Notes under the pieces: generated by a model | The model's database searches: none | Seen by the model: the letters and a program-made list of their open reading frames with translations, nothing else | What the model was told of the DNA's origin: nothing | Shown: positions 40,900-53,542 of the stretch, piece by piece | Layout: each line of letters starts with the position of its first letter | Position numbering within the stretch: the stretch's first letter is position 1 | Origin: Camelus dromedarius | Taxonomy: Eukaryota | Assembly (NCBI RefSeq): GCF_036321535.1 | Contig: NC_087438.1 | Span: forward strand, 45,632,001-45,696,000 | Length of the DNA stretch: 64,000 bases | Reading direction: 5' to 3' | Made by a program: the position numbers and the translations under genes

Positions 40900-41444
40900 T
40901 TATTTTTTTTTTGTAAGTTATTTGCTGGGCCCTTTCCTCATCTGATTATTAACCAAAATAAGTCCATTTGTACCTTGCTGAAAGTGATAAGTTAGCCAGC
41001 TATATTTAGCTAAATAAAATCCATTACATCCTTGGGGAAGAATGTGCTTCATTTAGCCTTATGAGAAAATATTTAATAAATGCTGGCCTGAAAATATTTA
41101 GCCTGGCGGGCAGAGTGGCCTGGCAAAGGTTCAGTCCTGATAAAGCAGAGGTGATGGTAAGAGGCTGGCCTGCCAGTCCAAGCTCTGGTGGAGCAGATGC
41201 ACCTCGTGTTCTTGAGGGTTATAACGGGGTGTCTCCTTGCTGAGGGTTTACCGGCAGTATTCTGCAAGGATTTTCTACCAGCTTCCCATTACTCTGCAAC
41301 CTCCAGAATGGTGTCAGGCAGCATGTCTGCCTGGGGAGGCAGTGAGATTCCTGGAGTGGGGATGGCCAGCTTTGAAGTCCATCTGTTCTTTAAAATCCTG
41401 TCTTTACCACTGACTGCTAGCATGTCTTCAGCCAACTTGCTTCA

Positions 41445-41580
41445 CTGTGCTTAGCCTCAGTTTCTTTGTCTGTAAAATGGGGACAATTACAGTACCACGC
41501 GAGGTTCCGCAGACTGAGATAAAGCACACACAGCGTGAAGCACTTTCCAATGTGAATTGTTCAATACTTGGGAGCTATTG
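41445..41580 (+). mobile_element. MIR fragment
   Basis: gcctcagtttctttgtctgtaaaatggggacaattacagtacc. Confidence 0.75.
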
Positions 41581-41699
41581 GTAGTAGTAGTACTAGTAGT
41601 AATTTGTCAGATTCGCCTTTCTATTATTTTCTAACCCCACGTCCCCACCCCCACCCCACCCCCAACACTCAATTTAAAGAGCTGAGTCGAATGTGGCGA

Positions 41700-41790
41700 G
41701 GTGGGAAAAGCTCTGGTATGGGCGTCAGGAAAACTGAGTTCCAGCCCTTGGCCCGAACTTCTGTGGGACCTTGGGCAGGTTGTCTCTCCC
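41700..41790 (+). mobile_element. MIR 5' fragment
   Basis: ggcgtcaggaaaactgagttccagccc...ctgtgggaccttgggcaggttg. Confidence 0.6.
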
Positions 41791-41801
41791 CACACAATGG
41801 T

Positions 41802-41827
41802 ACACACACACACACACACACACACAC
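41802..41827 (+). repeat. (AC)13 microsatellite
   Basis: Direct reading. Confidence 0.95.
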
Positions 41828-42083
41828 AGAGCAGCACTCTCTTTTGATATCTAATAGGGTATGGTAGCAGGTCTAATTCTATTTGAGAGCTAGACCCTCT
41901 GAGTCAGGCAGCATCATCTGCCTATATAAGTTGGGATGCTGGGCCATGGGATCTGGTGTACATCAGCCCGTGAAGCCCAGGGCATTTAGGCAACAAGTTA
42001 TCAGTATGAAGGTTAAGCACTGGGAGTCTGTCTCCCACAGCGATCTGGATATTCTCTGTTTGACTGGCAGGCTCACTGTCAAG

Positions 42084-42214
42084 CCTTGCTACTCAAAGTA
42101 TGGTCTGAGGACCAGGAGCATGCGCACCACCTGGGAGCTTGCTGGAAATGCAAAACCCCAAACCTCACTCCAATCTATTAGATTATTATTACACATCAAA
42201 GTTGAGGAAGCACC
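42084..42214 (+). mobile_element. MER5A (hAT-Charlie), internally deleted
   Basis: ctcaaagtatggtctgaggaccaggagcatgcgcaccacctgggagcttgctggaaatgcaaa...aaagttgaggaagcac. Confidence 0.8.
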
Positions 42215-42344
42215 TCCCTAAACTGCTGCCTTTGGGGACATGTTGACACAGGATGCTTACTAAACACCTAAAGAATTGACATTGACATTGATTTTTTTCC
42301 TAGACTTATATTTTCTTTCCTTTCTTTGGGTGTAGCATATTGAT

Positions 42345-42690
42345 GTACGTGGCTCAGTCTGTCATGACAAAATACCGTATCCTGGGTGGCTTAAACAACA
42401 AAAAAGTGTTTCTCAGCTCTGCTGAGGGTTGATAGTTCTGTTCTTTGATTTCCATCGAGGCTTCCTTAAGTCTGCCTGTTCCACCTCACTGGACAGATCT
42501 GCATCTTTGGCACCCCTCTCCGCACTCTCTCCTGGGTCAGCCAGCGTTCTGTTTCTGCGCTGTTAGTTAGTGACGTTCCAGTCTACATCAGAACACTTCT
42601 TTCTGGTCTCTGGTTCCACCAGTAGTATCTTTCTGTCCAGTTTCTCTCTTACTTCTGCCCTCTCCTGATCAGAGGATCCTTCAACTCTTG
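42345..42690 (-). mobile_element. MLT1-type MaLR LTR remnant
   Basis: ctgtcatgacaaaataccgtatcctgggtggcttaaacaacaaaaaagtgtttctcagctct, MLT1 terminus in antisense; extent uncertain. Confidence 0.55.
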
Positions 42691-44509
42691 TGAGATCGGG
42701 GCTTCTCAAGTTATATGGGAAGACCCTGCTTTATTATTTGTGAGCATTTCTAACATTTCCTGCTTGTGACTGTGAAACCCATTATCAGAGAGAAGTGGGA
42801 GAGAAGTGAGTGCCTCCACGGCCCCCCTCCTGAGCCCCAAGGGGAGAGCTTGGCTCACCTGGAGCCCCCACCTCCCTCTTGTTATTAACTGGGTTACCAT
42901 TCCTTTCTCTTCATGATGTTAATTATCTGCAGTTCAAAATATGTTCCTGTGAGGGTGAAACTACTGAATTGTTTGTTTGGGGGGAAGTGCAAAAACTGCT
43001 ATTATCAGGGTCATTTTACTTGCGGGCACCATAAAGTACTCTGGCTACCCACTTGTGGGGTCGAGCATCAGTATCTGTGTCACATGACACCCTTATCACA
43101 GTTACCCTTTAAATTAGGGAGCCTTGGCAGGAAACTTAGGGAAACTCATCACAGGTTTCTTCCCTTGACTGGGACTTGTGGACGCTGAGAGAGAGAAACA
43201 GGTCCAAGTGGAACTCAGGGACATTATTCATGAGCTTTGTTACCAAGTGACTTAATTTCTGTCTCCTCACCTTTTAATTGAGGTTGATAAGGAACTGCTA
43301 TGAAAACGAAGCATAAGCATGTCTGTAAAATACTTTGTGTGCAAGTGTAACTCCCAATTGATGTTCAGTAACAGTCGTTCCACAAACAGTCAAGCACCCA
43401 TTGTATAAATGTCATGTGATTTCCCCATCTTTCCTTCCCTTTTGGGGCCTCTCAGTCACACACCATATGCAATCTTTCTAAGCCAGCAGACCAGAGGATC
43501 AACTTCCCTTATAAACCATTAGCCTCTGAAATCCCAGGGACTCAACTATAAATTATTTTCCTGGTGTATGTGTTGGAGGGGGGTCCCTTTCTCTTCCCCA
43601 TTTATCTCCTGCCCAGCATCTTAATTTGCTATATGCTGTAAATTGTAATCTTTAAATCAGACTCCAATTTAGGTGATAAGAATCACAATTAATTAGGCCA
43701 GACTGTCAGAGATTAAGTATAATCTTGCATCTCAGTTATCTCTTTGGCTAAGGCCAGCAGAAGCAAAGCTGTAATGTCTGCTTATGTTTGATAAAGTCTT
43801 TGCCCGTTTGTTTTGTTTTTTTTTCCCTGTACTAGTCTCTTGTCTAGAAATAAAAATTAAATGAGCAGAAGATCTCAGATCCCTTTCATTTGTTTTTAAG
43901 CTGTGGAGCCGAAGAGATAAACCAGAAGATAAACTTAAAGATACTAAAGACTAATTATAATTAGTTCAGGGTATCTGAAAAGATTTGCAGACTTCTTGTT
44001 TAAATCTGTTGACAGCCCTTTTAATTCCCTCCACCAAGTTATGTCTGAAAACAGTGTAGTTGTTTTCAACTGAAGATTGACTTTCACATCTACTCTTTCT
44101 ACTCCCATTTTCAGTGCCCATGTTTTTTTTCTTCTTCCTCCCCCAAAAGTTCTTGTTTTCACCAAATTCAGTATCATTCCAACTTCATCTTTCCTTTACA
44201 TTCAGAAAACTGAAGTATAATAACTCAAATAAATAGTCCTTATAGGGGAAAAGTACAGTATATTCAAAATCATGTGATAACTTAGACATGACTTTTGAAA
44301 AGATATAGAGCATTTCTATATAGAGAAAGGCAAAATACATGCCTCCTCTACTAAATATACTTCCAGTTGGCCACCTTAAAGTACTGAGAATTCCTTCTCT
44401 CTCAGTCTTTCCTAGTAGTTTCTGGTCTTAAAATTTGCTGTTGCAATTGGGTATTTTAAAAAAAATCTATTAATAAAAATGAAAAAGATTACATGAATAA
44501 TTCTAAATT

Positions 44510-44735
44510 AATAATAGCTACCCATTAGTTTGTGCTTTCTACATTCTGGGCACTATGCCTACGCATGTTTGTTTATATGTTCATTTAATCATTGTTACAC
44601 TTAAAATTATTCCCATTTTCCAGATCAAGAAACTGGGGCTCAAGTTAACTGATATACCCAAGATATATCTAGTAAGTGGCAAAGCCAAGATTAAAACTCA
44701 GGTCTCTTTGGCTTTAAACCTGTGCTTTTTATAAT
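44510..44735 (-). mobile_element. MIR SINE, near full length
   Basis: taatagctacccatt...tcatttaatc...cccattttccagatcaagaaactgggg...agtaagtggcaaagccaagattaaaactcaggtc. Confidence 0.85.
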
Positions 44736-47599
44736 TTAACCCTTGATTAAACAGGTGTGTTCTAAAACTAAGGAACCCATAGTTGTTTTTTGTTTGGTTG
44801 GTTTTTCAGGTTTTTTGGTTTGTTTGTTTTTTGCTTTTAGTTTTTTAGCTTCATTATCTTAGCTAGCATTGGTTATGGCTTTGCTCACAGAACTTGAGAA
44901 GTTTAAACATTCAGGGTATTAACTGTTACAAGCATAAAGTATAAACGTGCTTATAAGGTTTATTTAAGAAAAGTATTGGGATTTGTTAGATTTATACCCA
45001 CCAGAATGTACATTTTTCATTTGGAAGAATGAGAGAGATTCAGGCAGAAATAAAGTTTTGATTCAGCAACAGTTAATAAACAAACATCTTGATTTAATAT
45101 TGATCCTCACTTTGCCTATACATTTTCTTCTCTGTGTATTTGTATTATATTTTAAAAGGTAAGTGGCAGTTTTTTGTGCACTTCCAAGCTGCTTCCATCA
45201 GTAATGAAATACTTGGCTGGGGCAGTCTCTGGAGTCCCAGAATTTCAGCTTAAATTTTCCATTCATCCCTGCCAGGCACTAACTCTGAAATACCTTTTTT
45301 TTTTTTAATGGAGAAGGCTTCCAAAAGGTGCAGCTGTGTGCTGGTTTCATCTTGCACTTTGTAGCGGTGTTGGCACCCTTTAAAGTGAGGAATGCCGTCT
45401 CCCACACACCACTGGTGCCCAAGGACTGTTCAGGCCTGTCCATGTCAGTGGTTTGGGAAGGGCCTACGTTGGGAGAGAAGGCTCTCTTCTGTTCCATGTG
45501 ATCAGTTGTCACCAGGGCAGAGGAGGAAAGTAGAACTAGTGGAAAATGCAACATCTGATGGGTCATCAAAAATTCTCCGCAGCCTGGGACCCCCATTTCA
45601 TCCGTGTTCTTGTTAGAGATGGATTCCTCTCTTCTTTTGAACTAGTAAACGTCTTGGCTTCTCTGCCACTTTTAGACTCTTCTGCTGTTCTTTCTTGTCT
45701 TCTCTCCTCTTAAGTAATACTGATTTCTTTTGATGAAAAATGATTCAGCTAAGTGAAAAACCAGTGTTGGATTGTAATAGAGGAATCTGAAATTCACCCA
45801 GCATTTTAAGATTAGACTTGGCTTTCCAGACTTATATACACTGGCTACAGCAGGATTCAAAAACCAAAAAGCATTCCTCAGTCAGGGATAAAAATCTGTC
45901 TGGAAGGCAAAATCAAATGAGAATTTATATATAAACTTGATGAGGATTTTGCTCTGTTAATTTGTATTTTGTTTAATAGCCACCATCTATGATCTATATA
46001 TTTTGGATTTTTTTTTAAGTTCCATTGTGTTTTAGTTTATTGAACTGTATGATGTGGTACTTTATCATGGACTTTTCAAAGAACGACTTGCCAAATTTGG
46101 TACTTCGTAACGATTGTCATTTCCTGTTGGAATTTCTTAAAATGGGTTCTAACGGAAATGTGACTGTTGGCCCTGTGTAATTAATAAAATTAAAGGAATA
46201 GTTGATTGTAGAATTGTTGAAATAATGAATCTGTTGCTTTAGAGTGCTTTTTAGACTTTCAATGTTAATTGATCCTGCTGTGCAAAGTAGAAGATGTGAG
46301 TTTTAAAGGCTTCTTGGGTAAAGCTTCCACATTCCCTGTGTTTAAATATTTTAAAGGGGAAGTGGATTGAATCATAGATGTTGTATTAGAACATGGGAAA
46401 TCCTTGAATTGTTGGGTTTTTTTTAAATTTTCTCTCTTTGTAAAATTTACCTTTTAAAACTCTCGTTGCTTTGATCAGCTATGATAATACATTTGGGTAA
46501 TAAAGCTTTTTCAGTATTAAAAATTCAGTGGTAAATTTGCTATATTACAAAAAGGGTACCTGTCCCTCCCAATGTATACATCTAGTTTTTTTTTTTTTTC
46601 TCATTTTAAAGTGTTCTGGGGTGCACTTTGAGCAAGGTTCCAGTGTTGTTGCAGATACCTGATAGCCATCACAGTGCTTTTTAGAAACTACATGTAGTAC
46701 TTGTACCAGTGAAACAAATGATATTTTGTAGCACAGGATGTGGAAAGTAAACTACCAGTTTTTGCCACAGAAACACTGAAAGGACTAAGGAAACGTTTTT
46801 GGTTTTTTTGTTTTTCCTCCTCCTTCAAGCTGAAGGGAAGAAATAAGAGTGATAGAAATGATTTTATGTGTAGTATTTCCCAACCCAGTAATGTAACAAC
46901 TCTTGGGTGCATATTTCAATCACAGTTAGGTGAAATCTTTAATTATCACTTAATTTAGCTTTCATATTTGCCTGCAGAAACGATCGTGTTGATAAGATTC
47001 TGGGAGGAGGTAAACCTTTATTAAGTAATTCCACTTTCACTTGCCAGCTTCAAAGATTTTTTTTTTTAATAAAAAAATGCTTGTGTTAATTCATGAGGGA
47101 AGAGAAAGGAGAACTAGGCATGTTCGTTGGACAAGTGTTGTGTGGATGTCTGGGTTCATGTGTTTACTGTTTCATCTCTAGCTTTTTGCATCTTGCCATG
47201 TGCTGAAATCTCTAAGTTTGAGAGGGCTAAGGAGAAATGCTCCAGGGAGTCCTGATTAGTAACATTTCTCTACAGCACTCCTCTGCCTTTCTGTGTTCCT
47301 TCTGTTACATATGCTGACAGGATGGTATTTCAATTTGCTCAGTGTTGAAGGCATTTATAGGGGAGGATGTTTGTGTGAGCTGATAATCTAAGGCAAAGGG
47401 AAGTAGTTTATAGTTTTATTGGAGGAAATGAAAGGCTATGCTCTTTCATTTTACGGTATTTCTTTTCTTTATTTCACAGTGCTTTTAATTATAAAGTCTA
47501 CAAAACTTGCAAGATATTTGTATTTTAAGTCCTTTTCAGGTGTACTTAGATGTTAACATTTGGGCGATGTCATTGCTGGATTTTTTCAGGGGGTTGGGG

Positions 47600-47780
47600 A
47601 GTCACCCACATGGATTTGCTTATCATAACAGCATGTCCTAAAACTTGTTACTAACACAAAACAGGCTGCTAGCTCCATTCCTGTTCTGATTCTGGGGGTT
47701 TGTAGTCATCCCTGGGAATCTGTCGTTCTGGCAGGTTCCCCAGGTGTCCATAGGCTCAGGTGGTGGAGGAAACCGGTGAA
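47600..47780 (+). mobile_element. MER5-like fragment
   Basis: aacttgttac...ctgattctggggg...gggaatctgtcgttctggcaggttccccaggtg. Confidence 0.45.
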
Positions 47781-48051
47781 ACGAGGTTCCCACGCAGCTC
47801 TCTGCATAGCGACTGTTGGAAAGTCGGTGACGTTATCTGTCCTGCTTTTATGAAGTCCAGAAGGTGTTCAGGTGCTTTTACAGTAGGGGAGAATCACCCA
47901 GGGAACTGAGTGATACTTTGTGTGCCCTGAGTTCAGGTTTGATAAGTCCCATGTCCGGATGCCCTGTCCTCGGGGATGGTTTTATAGTGGGGGTCTTCGT
48001 AGCACAAAGTCAACTCCGGAGTCAAAATGGGCCCTTGCTCAGGTGATAGGA

Positions 48052-48223
48052 CGGCATTCTTCAATACTGTGCTCACTAGCCACACATAGCTACAAAATTC
48101 AGTTTCCCAGTTGGAAATGGCTACACTTCAGGTGCTCTGTAGCCACATGTGCTGCTGCCCTGCGGGATAGCCCCACGCACGGAGCACTTCCATCGTCATA
48201 GAGCATCCTCCTGGAGAGTGCTG
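48052..48223 (-). mobile_element. MER3 (hAT-Charlie)
   Basis: caatactgtgctcactagccacacatagcta...aaattcagtttcccag...ttcaggtgctctgtagccacatgtg...acttccatcgtcatagag. Confidence 0.8.
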
Positions 48224-48779
48224 CTACCGGGTTCTCTCCCTTAGCTTAGCTCTTCTCCCTTCATCCTGGGTAACTGCAGTGGCTAGTGGAGTTAGGTGGT
48301 GAGATCACATTACTGTCTGTCTCAAGGAATACTGCAACCTAAAAGCATCTAACATTGCAGGGTTTGGGTTTCCAACATGACGTAAATCATACTTAATTCT
48401 CTGAGGTCAAAATTTAATAACATAATCTTACTGTGCTAAGGTATTGTGAGTCTGTTATTTTTCTCTGCTGACTCAGTATTAGAAAGCTGGGCTTCATTAG
48501 AAATTTGTTTAACGTGGTGTATGGCTTCTAATAAAGAATCACACCACTGAAATCTCACTGGAACAAAAGTGCCAATATTTAGTCTTTCTTAGATTATATA
48601 AACTATTCCTATATAAGGTTCATCACCGTGCATTCTTAAGTGTCTAAAACGTTACTTATTGATGGCTGATAAAGTCTGCACATGTCGGTATTTTCATAAA
48701 GACTGTCATTTACCTACTTTTGCAGTTTGAGAAATTTGAGATGAGTATGTTTAGCTCCCCCTTCTGGTGTATTATGAGG

Positions 48780-49440
48780 AAAAAAATTTTTACTTAAGAT
48801 GGTTTTCTATATATATACTTTTATTTCCCATATGATTTCATCCCAGTGAATATAATTTATTTTCAAGTGAGGTCTCTAATTTCCAAGTATTTCAGCATTT
48901 TCCATATGTCTTTCTATTATTGATTTTATTTTAATTCTACTAAGGTCAGAATACATGACTTACAGTATTTTGATTCTTTTAAATTTACTGAAAGTGTTAG
49001 CACCGTACCCTTAGTGAGTATTATGTTTTACTTGAAAAGAATGTGCTCCCTGCTACCAGCTGGAACACTCCATAAATGTCAACTAGGTCAGGCTGGCCAG
49101 CATTGTCACTCCAGGCGTCCACATCCCAACCGATCCTTGTCCACGCGTCGTACCAGCCACAACGAGAGGAGAGCCAAAATCCCAGACCACAGCCATGCAT
49201 CCGCCTGTCTCTCTCCCCAGTTCCACCAGCTTCCTTCTTTTTTCATTCAGCGTAAAGCTCTGCCATCAAGTGCATACCCATTTAGGACTCCCGAGTCCCC
49301 CCGACTAGTCCATCCATCATCTTTCTCTAATGACTCTCTTCAGCTCCAGCAAAATCCACCTCCCCGCCGCCAAGTCTCCCTTGTACGACACCAATACAAC
49401 ATCCCAGTTTTCTCTGGTTTCCTGTATTTTTGGAGTGAAA
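48780..49440 (-). mobile_element. Old L1 (L1M) ORF2 endonuclease-region fragment
   Basis: ttattgatttt...aaggtcagaa...ttttaaatttactga...cttgaaaagaatgtg...aagctctg..a..gtgcatac..atttagga match antisense L1 ORF2 start. Confidence 0.7.
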
Positions 49441-50376
49441 ATACAATTAACAGTATAATGCTGAAGGATGTTATTTGTGTCATCCAATTACATTTTTTTT
49501 TGACTTTTGTATCATTTGGTAAAACATGTAAATAAACCATGGAAAGACAGTTTATGAAAGCATCACATTTCTTAAGCTATTAGCTGACCAAAATACATGT
49601 AAACAAATACAGGCTTTCCAACAGCAGATATATGGGGACTTCAGTTTGAGTGTCACATGGCCAGTGACCATTTGTCTGGGCTTTGTATCTGCCGCTAAGC
49701 CCACCCGACCTTTGTGGGGTTGGGGCAGTAGCACGAAAGGAGGCCCGAGCACTTGCGTCTCAGTATTTTAAAGTTACGTCGTGTTAACAAACTGTTCAGA
49801 AAATCTGTTCTGTCATCCTGCCTGGACAGTTATTTCTTCATGATGACAAGGAAGCCAGATTTGAAGTTAAATTTCTTAGGTTTGGGTTCTGAGTTCTGCC
49901 CCAGAGCGTGGAGATGTGGGGAGAGCTGGCTCCCGGGCCACCCCAGCTTGGCCCTGCGCTGCCATGGCCTCACACAGCCAAACTTCTTTCTGTCCTGAGC
50001 CCCGGCCCACTCCGAAGGCCGAGGGGGCACCCCTGCAGGGAGGTCTGCCCTGGGGAGGGTGGACCTGGGGAAGAGGCCATGAGAGGCACTGGCCAGGAAC
50101 CCTGGGATTCTGGGCAGCATTCTGAGTGTGTCCTAGGAGAGAAGAAGCTGCCACGTCCTGTTGGCCCCCAGACTCATCGCACTGTGGGAAGAGGCACAGT
50201 TGCGGGGCAGCCAGGGAGCAGCCTTCTAGAGCCCAGGGCCCAGCACTGGCCGTCTCTGGTTCCGGCCTGAGTTTGCTGCTGCCCCAGCAGCACTCCATTA
50301 CTTCGTGTCTCGGTTTTCTTCCCTGTTGTCAAGTGTACTGGATTCAGCATAACCCGAGGATTTTGTTTACTTACAG

Positions 50377-50469
50377 CTTCGACGCTCCCAGACCTTGCGG
50401 AGCAGTTTGCCCCTCCTGATGTCGCTCCACCGCTCCTCATCAAGCTGGTGGAAGCCATTGAAAAGAAAG
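50377..50469 (+). CDS. PIK3R1: p85-alpha exon, start of BH domain, 93 nt
   Basis: Acceptor ttacAG, donor AAG|GTAATC; translates (A)[30 protein letters not shown](G) in phase 1. Confidence 0.98.
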
Positions 50470-50814
50470 GTAATCTGACTGGTAGCCAGGATCTGTTAAC
50501 GGGGGGCGGCCTTATATCGTGGGTGCTGTCAGGTATATTTGTCTTGTGGGCATTCTTTGGATACACTTCTTGCCACCTGTGCTGGACACCAAAGCTCTTT
50601 GTTGCCATGACCTGGGGAGATAATCTTGGTCTGACTAATAACTCCATACTAACGTGTAGTTACTGAATGGAAGCTATGAAAGTCTCCATAATTGAGTAAA
50701 CTCAATTAACTTGCTCCTTGGTGGCCAGATGATTTTGCCAAAATTATTGACAGGCCAGCTAAGATGAATCGTAGGCACTGACTTCCAAGAATATTTGGTG
50801 CACATCTAGAATAG

Positions 50815-51009
<195 letters not shown>

Positions 51010-51384
51010 TGAAAGATGGTTCTTACCTGTCTGTTTCAGGTAAAACACAAAAAACTTGAACTTAACCATGCAATGTTTTCCGTTTGAAGGGTGCTCAGAA
51101 ATCATACACACTTCCCCTCTGCCCTCTTCTGGTAAGAGTGCAGACCTTTGATGTCTGTCTCCTGAGTTGGGCATGTGTGCACGCTGCCTGCCGGTACATT
51201 GGCTGTCATCACAGCCACAAGCCTCCAGGTCCTGCAGAAATTGCAGAGGAGAGAAACATCTTGGGATTTCTCTAGCTCTGCTTACCTACCGTCTTTTTCT
51301 GACCTTGCCATTGGCTACATCTAATTCATCTGGACCAGTTGAAAAAATATTTATGAGTCTCTGTCATTTAACAAATGTCTCCGG

Positions 51385-51483
51385 CTTTTTTCCCTTTCTC
51401 TTTTTCCTTTTCTTTTCCCTTTCCCTTCTTTTCTTTCTATCTTGCTTCTTTCCTTCCTTCCCTTTTTGCTTGCCTGCCTTTTC
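51385..51483 (+). repeat. Pyrimidine-rich low-complexity tract
   Basis: About 100 nt almost entirely C/T. Confidence 0.9.
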
Positions 51484-51525
51484 ATGCCATATTTACATCA
51501 AGTAAAATCATGATATTGTTCTAGT

Positions 51526-51689
51526 CAGTAGTGAGCTGGTAAACCAGCTATCTGGGGGCGTGGTGAGAAGCCCTGGTTTGTGGCATTTACCCATTTCTGT
51601 GGTTAATTTCAAGCTACCAGCATGTGATCACTGAACTCCAACATGGGAAGAACTGTGAGCCGGTGCAAGTCGACTCTAGCACACCCTTG
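51526..51689 (+). mobile_element. MER63A (hAT-Blackjack)
   Basis: cagtagtgagctggtaaa...agccctggtttgtggcattt...atttcaagctacca...cactgaac...gagccggtgcaagtcgactctagcacacc. Confidence 0.8.
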
Positions 51690-53174
51690 GTTAAATGACA
51701 TCAATTAATTCACCAAGTTGGTGGCTTTAGTCTTTGTTCCCCCTCCCTCCTTTGCCACACAGAACAAAACTGTACAAATGTGAATATCTTTACTTGCCAT
51801 CATTCCAACAAGTCATCTTCTGTATTGACTTCTAGACCTCTCAGATCCTTCATTTCCTCCCAATATTGGGCTTTTTTTTTTTTTTTAAGAAAAATCATTT
51901 TCTGCCTCACATTATTTTAACTGAATTTGGATGCTTGGACCAAAAGGAATGAAACCCAGTTTTGGAAGGAGTACTTTCAGAAGTATAGTTGTGCCAAGAG
52001 TGCCCAAAGGATATTTAATAAATGAAAACTTGAAGGGTAAAGCAGCTTCAAAATGAAGCAGCTTATAAGAATTTCTAGAAAAGATGTTTCTGGGGGGGGG
52101 GGAGATTAGATCTTTATCAGTCAATAGTTTCACTTGAAATGCACCGCCTGAATGTTTGAAGCTTAAAAAAAATTTTTTTTAACTTTTATTTTTCCTTTGT
52201 ACATAGAAATCAGTCTTAACACACACACAGGGCATATCCTCCCACACATACAGAGCAGGTCATTAGAAGTTGACTGGCAGAAAAATCAGGGTGAAAAGAT
52301 TTTTTTTTTTTCTAACAGCTTTACCAGGGTATTAAGGAAACAGTGAATTTTGTCCTAGCCAGTTGAAATCAACATACATGTTTTGGTCAGAAAATTGGTC
52401 AAATTAAACATGTCAAAAGTCACAGGAAATGTTTAGACCTCAGAGACCGATGAAATGGGAGTTGAGAAACAGTGGTTAACTTTTTAAATGTGACCCAAAA
52501 CAAAATGATGCAGTTAGGCTAAAAAAAAAAACCTTCACACCACCTGTGAGATGGAATAAATAACCCAAATTCACGTCAACAAGAGATTTTGACAACTTTC
52601 CTTCCCCATATGAGATCAAAACATACGTAGAAAACTGGTTTCACTTGGGTTCTGTGCTATAAAAGTGAATTTTGTGGCAAAACAAAAAAAGATGATCTCA
52701 AGTTAGGAGGAGTGGTTCCTCCAGCATGGTTTCCAGCTTGAGGATTTTTAGTCCATAAAAAATTGTAATATCCTGGAGGAGGCTCAGACCAAGAGAAGTC
52801 ACTTACACTGAAAACAAAAAGCATGGCTTTTAGCCAACCCTGTGAATTACCAGTGTCTGAAAAGGACAGACGTGGTTGGAGGACAACAGCCCCCTTTCAT
52901 CAGCACCTGCTAAGTTACTGTATTTCATCCACACATCAACCTTGTGCTCCAAGTATTAGTAACTGCTGATGGGAAGGCTGTGACTTGCATCCAGAGTGGT
53001 TCTGACTGTAAAAGTCCTTATTCTCTTTTGCCCCCACTATACCTAAAATAAATGATTTCTTTCTTGTCTTGTTTGAATTTTAATGGTGTGAATTTTCTTT
53101 TTCTCTCTCTTTTTTTTTTTTTCCTTTTTGATTTCTCTTAACCTGAATCAGGCTTTTTCTTTGAGTTCTCATCA

Positions 53175-53318
53175 CAGGGAAAAACACGTGTGACTGTGTG
53201 GGGATGGGTATTAACCAGACTCATTGTGGAGATCATTTCACAGTGGTGTATATGACTGTCAGTGTTGTACACCCGAACCTCGTGTAATGTGTGTCACTTA
53301 TGCCTCAGTTTTAAAAAT
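53175..53318 (+). mobile_element. L1 3' UTR end (L1MA/L1MB-like)
   Basis: ttaaccagactcattgtggagatcatttcaca...tgttgtacacccgaac...tatgcctcag followed by an A run. Confidence 0.75.
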
Positions 53319-53542
53319 CAGGCTTTTTCAACCTCAATACTATGTAAGGATGGGTAATTCTTGGTTGTAAGGGGCTGCTGTGTGCCCTGCCAGAAGTTCA
53401 GCAGCACCCCTGGCCTCTCCCCACTAGATGCCAGTGAGGCTCCCCCCTGGTTATGACAGTCCAGATGTCTTCAGCTATTGCCAGATATCTCATGAGGGCA
53501 GGGGTGGGGCAGCAAAATTGAGGACTCTGATTGAGAGCTGCT
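53319..53542 (-). mobile_element. MER20 (hAT-Charlie)
   Basis: caggctttttcaacctc...ataattct-like...gcagcacccctggcctctccccactagatgccagt...attgccagat...ttgagagctgc. Confidence 0.9.

Noticed and set aside
49014-49535. 173-aa plus-strand ORF
   Set aside because: Antisense to an L1 fragment; open probably because the GC shift removed stop codons; no recognisable domain
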